Assembly (NCBI GenBank): GCA_050309775.1
Contig: JBNRMV010000013.1
Span: 13,255-77,254, forward strand
Direction: 5' to 3'
Length of the DNA: 64,000 nucleotides
Source of the DNA: Christensenellales bacterium
GTDB lineage: Bacteria; Bacillota; Clostridia; Christensenellales; DTU072
Of this stretch, positions 11,218-17,983 are shown one piece after another (the stretch's first letter is position 1; each line of letters starts with the position of its first letter). The notes under the pieces are model-generated. The model was not told the origin of the DNA, searched no databases, and saw only the letters and a list, made by a program, of their open reading frames with translations. The position numbers were made by a program, and so were the translations under genes.

Positions 11218-12594
11218 ATGAAACTTTGGAACGGAAGGTTTGAAAAAGACAGCGACAAACTTGCTGACGAATACAACACTTCTTTGCCGGTGGACAAAAA
11301 AATGTACCGTCAAGACATTGCCGCCAGCCTTGCGCATGCAAAAATGCTTGAAAAATGCGGCATTATCTCCGATTATGACGCAAAATCAATTAAAAGCGGA
11401 CTGGAAAGCATACTTAAGGACATAGAAAATGGTTATCTTGAATTTGAGAATGCCGAAGACATTCATATGTTTGTCGAAGAAAAGCTGACGGCGCGCATAG
11501 GCAATCCCGGCAAAAAACTGCACACCGCCCGCAGCCGCAACGACCAAGTAGTCACAGATTTTAAGCTATACATAAAAGACAGCATAACCGAAATAAAGGC
11601 AGAAATAAAAGAACTTATCGCCACGCTTGTGGCGCTGTCCAAACAGCACACAAACACTTATATGCCCGGCTTTACGCACATGCAAAAGGCGCAGCCTATC
11701 ACCCTTGCATTCCATCTTATGGCATATGCAGAAATGTTTTATAGGGATTTAGTCAAATTTGACAATGCCTATAAAAACACCGACTTCTGCCCTCTTGGTT
11801 CCGGAGCGCTTGCAGGCACAACCTACCCTATTGACAGAAAGTTCACGGCAAACGAACTGGGTTTTGCAGACATAACCTACAATGCTTTAGACGCCGTATC
11901 AGACAGGGATTATGTGGCGGAATACCTCTTTGTATCAACGCTCACGATGACCCACCTTTCACGATTTGCAGAAGAAATAATCACATGGGCAAGCAATGAA
12001 TACCGCTTTATTGAGCTTTCCGACGCTTTCAGCACCGGTAGCAGCATAATGCCCCAAAAGAAAAACCCCGACATGGCGGAACTTGTGCGCGGCAAAACAG
12101 GCAGAGCGCTGGGCAATCTGACAGCCATGCTGTCAATCCTGAAAGCCCTGCCCCTTGCCTACAACAAGGACATGCAAGAGGACAAGGATTTGTTGTTCCA
12201 AACTGAAGATGCGCTAATAAAGAGCCTTGTCATTTTCCGCAAAATGCTCGAAACGGCAAGTTTCAACAAAAAGAATATGCTTTCCTCGGCTGCGCTTGGC
12301 TTTACGAACGCTACTGATTTTGCCGACTATCTGACAAAAAAAGGCGCTCCGTTCAGAGAGGCCCACGCAATCACCGGCAAACTGGTTGCTTATTGCATAT
12401 CAATAAAAAAACCCATTGAAAAATTGCCGCTGATAAAGTTGCAGGAATTCAGCCCGTTGGTAGAAGATGATATTTTTAAAATGCTGTCGATAAAAACGCT
12501 TATCAACAACCGCTCAATAGAAGGCGGCACAGCGCCCGTAGCCGTGCGGCAAGCCATTCGGCTTATGGAAAAAAAAGTAGCAAAAATAAAATAA
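11218..12594 (+). CDS. argH: Argininosuccinate lyase
   Basis: 458 aa with MKLWNGRF, TARSRNDQV and GSSIMPQKKNPD (fumarate lyase signature). Confidence 0.95.
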   Translation: MKLWNGRFEKDSDKLADEYNTSLPVDKKMYRQDIAASLAHAKMLEKCGIISDYDAKSIKSGLESILKDIENGYLEFENAEDIHMFVEEKLTARIGNPGKKLHTARSRNDQVVTDFKLYIKDSITEIKAEIKELIATLVALSKQHTNTYMPGFTHMQKAQPITLAFHLMAYAEMFYRDLVKFDNAYKNTDFCPLGSGALAGTTYPIDRKFTANELGFADITYNALDAVSDRDYVAEYLFVSTLTMTHLSRFAEEIITWASNEYRFIELSDAFSTGSSIMPQKKNPDMAELVRGKTGRALGNLTAMLSILKALPLAYNKDMQEDKDLLFQTEDALIKSLVIFRKMLETASFNKKNMLSSAALGFTNATDFADYLTKKGAPFREAHAITGKLVAYCISIKKPIEKLPLIKLQEFSPLVEDDIFKMLSIKTLINNRSIEGGTAPVAVRQAIRLMEKKVAKIK

Positions 12595-12623
12595 TTTGCA
12601 ATGAATTAAATTCTATTTATAAA

Positions 12624-12656
12624 AACAACGGGCATCTTGCCCGTTGTTTTGTTTTT
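12624..12656. terminator. Bidirectional terminator between argH and the convergent ABC operon
   Basis: ACAACGGGCA and TGCCCGTTGT form a hairpin with an A-run upstream and a T-run downstream. Confidence 0.7.
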
Positions 12657-12707
12657 GGTTGAAAGATTTTTGCTTTGCTTTTGGCGTAAGGCAGCATGAA
12701 AGCGTAT

Positions 12708-13412
12708 TTATTGATTAAAATGCCGATAAATCTCTGTGCGAACGGCAATAAGATTGTCATCTGAAAGTTGTCGTTGCTCCTGCGGATAGTCAATAGCTTG
12801 TTGATACAGTATTTTTGCCCTGTCGGAAAGCAATGTAATGCTATCAGAAATCAACAGCGCCTCATCTATGTCATGCGTGACGAACACTACGGTTTTTTTG
12901 TTCTTGCGCCACAGCTTTATGAAAGCTTCTATCAGTCTTTTTTTTAGGCTGATATCCAACCCCTTGAACGGCTCATCCATAAGCAACAAATCAGACGGAT
13001 ATACAAAAGCCCTCGCCATAGCCACACGCTGCGCCATGCCGCCGCTTAGTTGTCTTGGATAAGCGTCTTTTCTGTCCTCAAGTTCGACGGTGCGCAATAG
13101 GTCAAGAATTTTTTCTCGCCGCTTGTCCTTGTTCGGCTCAACGCTTTTCAGCACAAATTCAAGATTGCCATATATTGTAAGGTTGGGCAAAAGGCGCTGA
13201 CTTTGAAATATATAACTGATACTGTCGGACACACCCTCAATTTTGCCCTCAAACGGGATTAGACGGCTGATTACATTCAACACCGTAGTTTTGCCGCAGC
13301 CTGACGGTCCCAACAAGCAGGATATTTCGCCCTCGGCAAAAGTCATATTGAAGTTTTGCAACACTTTCAGGCTGCCAAAACTCTTGTTTATGTCAATTAG
13401 CTTTATTTCCAT
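12708..13412 (-). CDS. ABC transporter ATP-binding protein, NitT/TauT (nitrate/sulfonate/bicarbonate) family
   Basis: Intact motifs: Walker A GPSGCGKTT, Q-loop FQSQRL, signature LSGGMAQRVAMARAF, Walker B LLMDEP and H-loop VTHD. Confidence 0.9.
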   Translation of the reverse strand: MEIKLIDINKSFGSLKVLQNFNMTFAEGEISCLLGPSGCGKTTVLNVISRLIPFEGKIEGVSDSISYIFQSQRLLPNLTIYGNLEFVLKSVEPNKDKRREKILDLLRTVELEDRKDAYPRQLSGGMAQRVAMARAFVYPSDLLLMDEPFKGLDISLKKRLIEAFIKLWRKNKKTVVFVTHDIDEALLISDSITLLSDRAKILYQQAIDYPQEQRQLSDDNLIAVRTEIYRHFNQ

Positions 13413-14164
13413 CTTACCACCAATTTTTTAAGAAGCACAACCGCCATTTCAAGCAAATAGCTCAGTATTATTGCGGCTATCGTCCAAGCAAAAAGCGAGG
13501 CTGTTTCAAGATAGGCTTTTGAGAACTGCATCATAACCCCCATGCTGTCCCTTGTATAAGAAAGCACCTCAGCGGCTATGACAAGTTTTATGTTGAGCGA
13601 CACAGCGGCGCGCACAGCGTCAAAAAATAAGGGAAATATTGACGGCAAATATAATTCCGTCAGCTTTTGCCGCCGCCCTACCTTATATACTTTCGCCATT
13701 TCTATTAAATCTTCATCAATGTTCGTAAAAGCTGAATAAAAACTTGTAAAAAGCGTGGGGAAGATTATCAAAAATGAAATGAACATCGGCGTAATTTGGG
13801 CAGTAAACCAAATCAAGCTGAGCAGTATGACCGACATTGTCGGCATAGCCCTTGTGATAATGACCAGCGGTGAAAGCAGTTTGCCTATCGGCTTGAAAAA
13901 AGCAGAAAGGGCGGCAAGCGCCAGCGCCGCCGACATCGACATGGCAAAACTTAGCATTGCCCTTGTCAGCGTGCCGCCTATTGCCGTCCAAAACTCTTTT
14001 GTAACGGCAAGCTGTCCAAGCTGCCGCAAACATTGTATGGGACTGGGCAATATTATCTCAATATCAATTATTCCCGCAATGATATACCATGCCGCAAAAA
14101 AAACTGCAAGCGACAAGACGGGATAAAGAATATTGAGATAATTTTTTAATGCCTTAGTTTTCAT
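13403..14164 (-). CDS. ABC transporter permease, NitT/TauT family
   Basis: 253 aa with 6 predicted TM helices and a BPD-transporter-like core. It overlaps the ATPase gene by 10 nt. Confidence 0.85.
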   Translation of the reverse strand: MKTKALKNYLNILYPVLSLAVFFAAWYIIAGIIDIEIILPSPIQCLRQLGQLAVTKEFWTAIGGTLTRAMLSFAMSMSAALALAALSAFFKPIGKLLSPLVIITRAMPTMSVILLSLIWFTAQITPMFISFLIIFPTLFTSFYSAFTNIDEDLIEMAKVYKVGRRQKLTELYLPSIFPLFFDAVRAAVSLNIKLVIAAEVLSYTRDSMGVMMQFSKAYLETASLFAWTIAAIILSYLLEMAVVLLKKLVVRWK

Positions 14165-14169
14165 ATTTA

Positions 14170-15129
14170 TCAGATATTATACAGTCCCTCTCCTGGCATT
14201 TTGCCGCCGATTGAAGCTGCGGCAAAATTCAGGTGCATTTGCAAATAAGCGTCTATTTCGTCTTTTATTTCAGCTGCCGGCACAAATCCTAAGTTGGAAC
14301 GCTCAATTACGGCGGCAGTTATGTTCTTCAGGCTGCTGCCGTTTGCCGTCAGTCCCGATTGTACCTTGTCTGGGTTTTGGGCTGCCCAATCAGCTCCTTC
14401 GGCTACCTTATCAAGAAAAGCAGCGACAAAAGCAGAATGGTCTTTCAGCACACTGCCCTTAACGACTGTCGATACCTGAGGATAGCTACCGCCCCATTCC
14501 TCCTGAAGGTCCATAACGACTTTGAAGTCGCTGTTTTTGCCAAGCGCCGCCGTCACTTGCGGCTCGCCAAGCACTGCATAATCAATGGTGTTGTTTGCCA
14601 CAAAGCCTATTAAAGTATTGGCTTCAGCGGCATATTTCAACGCTATTTTTCCGTCAATTCTTTCGTCGCTGACTTGAAAATTGCCTGCGCCGGCAAGATA
14701 CTTAAAGAGAAAATCAGGAGTGCCGCCCGGTCCGAGGTTGCCGACAAGCTTGCCTTTCAAATCATCCATGGAATTTATTTCTGTCTTACCTATGACATAA
14801 AGCACGCCAAAGACATTTGAGCCGACTATTTTTATGTCGATACCGCCGTTGTAGTGTTTTGATGCCAGAATGGTTGGCATAAGGGCAATGTCTGCGCTGC
14901 CGTTCAGTATTGCGGCATTCAGAGGGTCTACCCCGTTCAAAATCTCATAAGTGACTTCATAGCCGTCAAACTCCGGCGACTCATAAAGCATTTTTGCCAT
15001 GGCAAGCGACGGCGCGCCATCGGGCATGACTACTTTGATTTGTATTTTGTCTTCCGCTGGTTTACATCCGGCAAACAGCGCCGCGCAAAGCGCAAGTACC
15101 AATACGAAAATAAATAATTTCTTTTTCAT
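14170..15129 (-). CDS. ABC substrate-binding lipoprotein, NMT1/THI5-like family
   Basis: Signal peptide with lipobox LFAGC. The periplasmic-binding-protein pattern resembles SsuA/ThiY/NMT1-type binders. The ligand is not inferable from sequence. Confidence 0.8.
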   Translation of the reverse strand: MKKKLFIFVLVLALCAALFAGCKPAEDKIQIKVVMPDGAPSLAMAKMLYESPEFDGYEVTYEILNGVDPLNAAILNGSADIALMPTILASKHYNGGIDIKIVGSNVFGVLYVIGKTEINSMDDLKGKLVGNLGPGGTPDFLFKYLAGAGNFQVSDERIDGKIALKYAAEANTLIGFVANNTIDYAVLGEPQVTAALGKNSDFKVVMDLQEEWGGSYPQVSTVVKGSVLKDHSAFVAAFLDKVAEGADWAAQNPDKVQSGLTANGSSLKNITAAVIERSNLGFVPAAEIKDEIDAYLQMHLNFAAASIGGKMPGEGLYNI

Positions 15130-15150
15130 AACGCAACTCCTTTTTCTTGT

Positions 15151-15402
15151 TTATATTTCTACCGCCGTTACTGCGGATTTTACCGTTATATTTTTCAATC
15201 TGCCGATACGGCCGCCCAAGGCGTTTATTTCCTCGTTCGTTCCCTTGACAATCAGCGCCATCGCTGAAACGCCGCTTTCTCTGTCAGGTACTCCCATTCT
15301 GCCGATTATGATATCGCTGTACTCGCCCAACAGTTTTTGCAACTCAACGGCTATTCCTCTGTCACCTTTTATGACCAGTCCAATTACTCCCACTCTTTTC
15401 AT
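15151..15402 (-). CDS. Small ACT/NikR-C-like ferredoxin-fold protein, TM1266-like (annotated in databases as putative iron-only hydrogenase system regulator)
   Basis: Start set at MKRVGVIGLV (GGAGAG SD 4-5 nt upstream), giving 83 aa. The beta-alpha-beta-beta-alpha-beta pattern VIGLVI...ELQKLLGEYSDIIIGRMG...ALIVKGTNEEINALGGRIGRL matches my recollection of the TM1266 family. The upstream part of the 120-aa ORF contains a terminator and was discarded. Confidence 0.55.
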   Translation of the reverse strand: MKRVGVIGLVIKGDRGIAVELQKLLGEYSDIIIGRMGVPDRESGVSAMALIVKGTNEEINALGGRIGRLKNITVKSAVTAVEI

Positions 15403-15593
15403 TTTTCTCTCCATTTTAACTATTTTTTGCCTGCAGTTTAGCTTATTCTGTAATTGTAAACTACTAGGCAAATAAAAAACCGCTCTTTTGTCAAAGAGCG
15501 GCATTGATAACACAAAACTATATGGCAGTCCTACTGCCAGTCTATATGTCGTAGTGCTTACTCTCTGATAAAAATCATCGATTCAGGTTACTA
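15403..15593 (-). promoter_or_regulatory. ~190-nt 5' leader RNA of the TM1266-like/ABC operon; candidate riboswitch or attenuator of unrecognised class
   Basis: Lies between a good promoter and the first SD. It contains a hairpin UGGCAGU-AGG-ACUGCCA (comp. 15539-15523), an intrinsic terminator, and an upstream 8-nt segment complementary to the terminator 5' arm. Confidence 0.5.
15471..15501 (-). terminator. Leader (attenuator) terminator upstream of the operon's first CDS
   Basis: Minus strand reads CCGCUCUUU-GACA-AAAGAGCGG followed by UUUUUU. It sits about 70 nt before the start codon at 15402. Confidence 0.7.
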
Positions 15594-15600
15594 TACTATT

Positions 15601-15629
15601 ATGATATATGTTGACAAAAGAATTGTCAA
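15601..15629 (-). promoter_or_regulatory. Promoter of the leader/ABC operon, with a 7-bp inverted repeat over the -35
   Basis: Minus strand reads TTGACA (comp. 15624-15629), 17 nt, TATCAT (comp. 15601-15606). TTGACAA-TTCTT-TTGTCAA is a perfect palindrome (15611-15629). The TGA stop of the upstream ATPase-like gene lies inside the -35. Confidence 0.5.
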
Positions 15630-16681
15630 CCGTAATAAACACAATTCTCGCTGTTGATGTCAAACAATTTCAGGCTGTGCAAATCAATATTTAGGCCTTG
15701 CGGCAAAGAGCCATTTTCTGTTTTTGTGACTATATCGACGCCGTTTATGTCGCTGTGCATAAAAGGTGTATTATTATAATATTCTATATATTTATATCCA
15801 TATTTAATATCCCCCTCTGCAAGCGTTTCAAAACAGGCCGTCACCTCTCCGCCTACATAGATGGGGTTTATCAATTTTTTTACGTCTAAAGCAATGCGCT
15901 TGCCCAGAAGTTCAATAAAAACTCCTTCTTCATATTCTCCGACCTTGACCGTAAGCATATTTGTTGCATAACTATGCATAAACTTGTAAGAAGTCAAGCA
16001 GCGTGGGGAATTTTTTAATTTATTTATGTCCCCCTCGTCGACGACATAGCCATAATTCATTATTATTATATTCTGCCCCACCGACATGGCTTCATCGGCT
16101 TTTGAGGTGGCAAAAAGTACTGCTCCTTCCAACTCTTTTATATGCGGCAACAGTCTTGAAAACAGTTCTTGTCTGTGTTGCGGCTCGGCAATTCTAAATA
16201 TATCGTCAAAAAGATATACAGAGGCTTTGCGCAGTTTCGTTCTCGCAAACATAACAAGCAGCTTTTGGCAACCGTTCAGCGTGCTTATTTTCTCAAACAA
16301 AATATCGGATATACCAATTTTTTTGGCGACGGACAGAATGCTTTGTTTTATTGTTTCCTTATTTATCTTGCGGATTTTCAAAGGATATGCCAAATTGTAA
16401 TAGACCGTACGCAGATTAAACAATCCGCCGTCTTCATAAAGTAACATGACATCTCTGTCTTTCGGCGGCTTTTTTGTGATATCAACGCCGTTTATGAGTA
16501 TTTCTCCGCTTTGGGCGGGATACAAACCGGCTATGCATTTCAAAAGAGAGGTTTTGCCGCCCTCCTGAGCCGCAAGCACCGCCGTGCATTCTCCACCGCC
16601 GCATTCCATTGACAAGCCGTTGACTCCGGTATTGCCGTAGGTATAGCTTTGCACAAGATTGTTTATTACAAGATTTTTCAT
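15626..16681 (-). CDS. MalK/UgpC-like ABC ATPase homologue with degenerate catalytic motifs and a C-terminal TOBE-like regulatory domain
   Basis: Start set at MKNLVINNL (351 aa). Walker A is AAQEGGKTS (first Gly lost). The Q-loop is YEDGG (Q to E). The signature is LNGCQ rather than LSGGQ. Walker B is VYLFDD (catalytic Glu to Asp). The H-loop is ATSK (His lost). The C-terminal ~120 aa resemble the MalK regulatory beta-barrel. Confidence 0.7.
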   Translation of the reverse strand: MKNLVINNLVQSYTYGNTGVNGLSMECGGGECTAVLAAQEGGKTSLLKCIAGLYPAQSGEILINGVDITKKPPKDRDVMLLYEDGGLFNLRTVYYNLAYPLKIRKINKETIKQSILSVAKKIGISDILFEKISTLNGCQKLLVMFARTKLRKASVYLFDDIFRIAEPQHRQELFSRLLPHIKELEGAVLFATSKADEAMSVGQNIIIMNYGYVVDEGDINKLKNSPRCLTSYKFMHSYATNMLTVKVGEYEEGVFIELLGKRIALDVKKLINPIYVGGEVTACFETLAEGDIKYGYKYIEYYNNTPFMHSDINGVDIVTKTENGSLPQGLNIDLHSLKLFDINSENCVYYG

Positions 16682-16723
16682 ACAAATATTATACCTTATT
16701 ATGATAATATTGCAAGATAATAT

Positions 16724-16752
16724 TTGCATAATTATACATTTTGATATATAAT
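16724..16752 (+). promoter_or_regulatory. argD-carB-argF promoter with overlapping ARG-box-like palindrome
   Basis: TTGCAT (16724-16729), 17 nt, TATAAT (16747-16752). The 16-mer TTGCATAATTATACAT (16724-16739) has TGNAT-W4-ATNCA symmetry. It lies in a 99-bp divergent region shared with the degenerate ATPase gene. Confidence 0.5.
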
Positions 16753-16780
16753 GATTTGAAGAATATTTTTGGGAGGACAT

Positions 16781-17980
16781 ATGAAAACAGCTTCGGAAAT
16801 AATAAATCTCGACAAGAAATATATTCTTGCCACTTATGAGCCGCACAACATCGTCTTTGATAAAGGTCAAGGCTCAAAGCTATACGATATTGAGGGCAGA
16901 GAGTATCTTGACTTTCTCGCCGGCATAGCCGTATGCTCATTGGGGCATAACCACAAAAAACTTGTGAAGTGCATAAAAGACCAGGCGTCAAAACTTATAA
17001 TAGCCAGTAACTATTTTTATACCGAACCCAGAGGAGCGCTTGCCGAAAAACTAATCAAAGGTACGCACTTCTCCAAGGCGTTTTTTACAAACAGCGGCGC
17101 CGAATCCAACGAAACGGCATTCAAAGTAGCAAAAAAGTTTTTTAACGCGCAAAATCAAAGCAGATATAAGATTGTCACCTGTCTGAACTCCTTTCACGGC
17201 AGAACAATTGCCGCCGTAACCGCCACAGGTCAAGAAAAGTATAACAAACCCTTTGCGCCCATGCCCAACTGGTTTGTCTATGTTCCTTTCAACGACAAAG
17301 AGGCGCTGCGCAATGCCCTCTGCGACCCCACAGTCGGCGCTTTCATGGTGGAGTGCATACAAGGCGAAGGCGGCGTGCTGCCTGCAACGCAGGAATATTT
17401 GGAATTTGCCAGAAAACAAACAAAAAAGAATGGGCAGTTGCTTATCGTAGACGAAGTGCAGACGGGCATTTATCGTACAGGAAAAATGTACGGATACCAA
17501 AACTACCGCATAAAACCCGACATTGTCACGCTTGCAAAGGGCTTAGGCGGCGGATTCCCTATCGGCGCATGCCTGATTACCGAGCAACTTGCGCAAGTTA
17601 TGAAAGTCGGCGACCATGGCACTACTTACGGCTCAAATCCCCTTGCCTGTAAAACAGCGCTCACCGTGATAAGCGAACTAAAAAAGACAAAAATGCAGGC
17701 GCACATAAATGAAGTTTCACTTTTCCTTGCGCAGAGCCTACAATCTTTTACACAGTACCCCTTTGTTAAGGAAATCAGAGGCGCAGGACTGATGATGGGC
17801 ATAGAGTTCCAAAAACCGGTTGAAGCCAAAACAGTTTCAAATGCGTTACTGAACAAAGGCGTTGTCACCTCCGCCGCCGGCAGCAACACACTCAGACTGG
17901 TGCCGCCTCTTATCATAACGAAAGAAGAAATCGCAAATATGTGCGAAATCCTGAACGAGGTATTAAAGGAGATAAAATAA
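16781..17980 (+). CDS. argD: Acetylornithine aminotransferase
   Basis: Start at MKTASEII (GGGAGG SD). Class-III aminotransferase motifs are SGAESNE, DEVQTG and TLAKGLGGGFP (PLP lysine). Confidence 0.9.
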   Translation: MKTASEIINLDKKYILATYEPHNIVFDKGQGSKLYDIEGREYLDFLAGIAVCSLGHNHKKLVKCIKDQASKLIIASNYFYTEPRGALAEKLIKGTHFSKAFFTNSGAESNETAFKVAKKFFNAQNQSRYKIVTCLNSFHGRTIAAVTATGQEKYNKPFAPMPNWFVYVPFNDKEALRNALCDPTVGAFMVECIQGEGGVLPATQEYLEFARKQTKKNGQLLIVDEVQTGIYRTGKMYGYQNYRIKPDIVTLAKGLGGGFPIGACLITEQLAQVMKVGDHGTTYGSNPLACKTALTVISELKKTKMQAHINEVSLFLAQSLQSFTQYPFVKEIRGAGLMMGIEFQKPVEAKTVSNALLNKGVVTSAAGSNTLRLVPPLIITKEEIANMCEILNEVLKEIK

Positions 17981-17983
17981 TAT

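Noticed and set aside
15403-15513. N-terminal 37 codons of the 120-aa ORF (GTG start) preceding the TM1266-like protein
   Set aside because: This stretch translates through an intrinsic terminator hairpin and U-run and lacks an SD. A GGAGAG SD precedes the internal ATG at 15402, and that start gives the family-typical ~83-aa length.
15403-15593. Leader considered as a TPP, SAM-I, T-box or guanidine (ykkC family) riboswitch
   Set aside because: It lacks the diagnostic blocks of each class: CUGAGA/ACCUGAU for TPP, GAGGGA/GCAACC for SAM-I, GGUGG-ACC T-box sequence, and the G-rich ykkC cores or ACGR hairpin pairs. Only a superficial UAUCAGAGAG resemblance to the SAM-I 5' end remains, so it is left unclassified.
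16689-16991. 100-aa minus-strand ORF spanning the argD promoter and 5' end
   Set aside because: It overlaps the argD start and the divergent promoter region. It has no SD and an implausible Cys/Arg-rich sequence.
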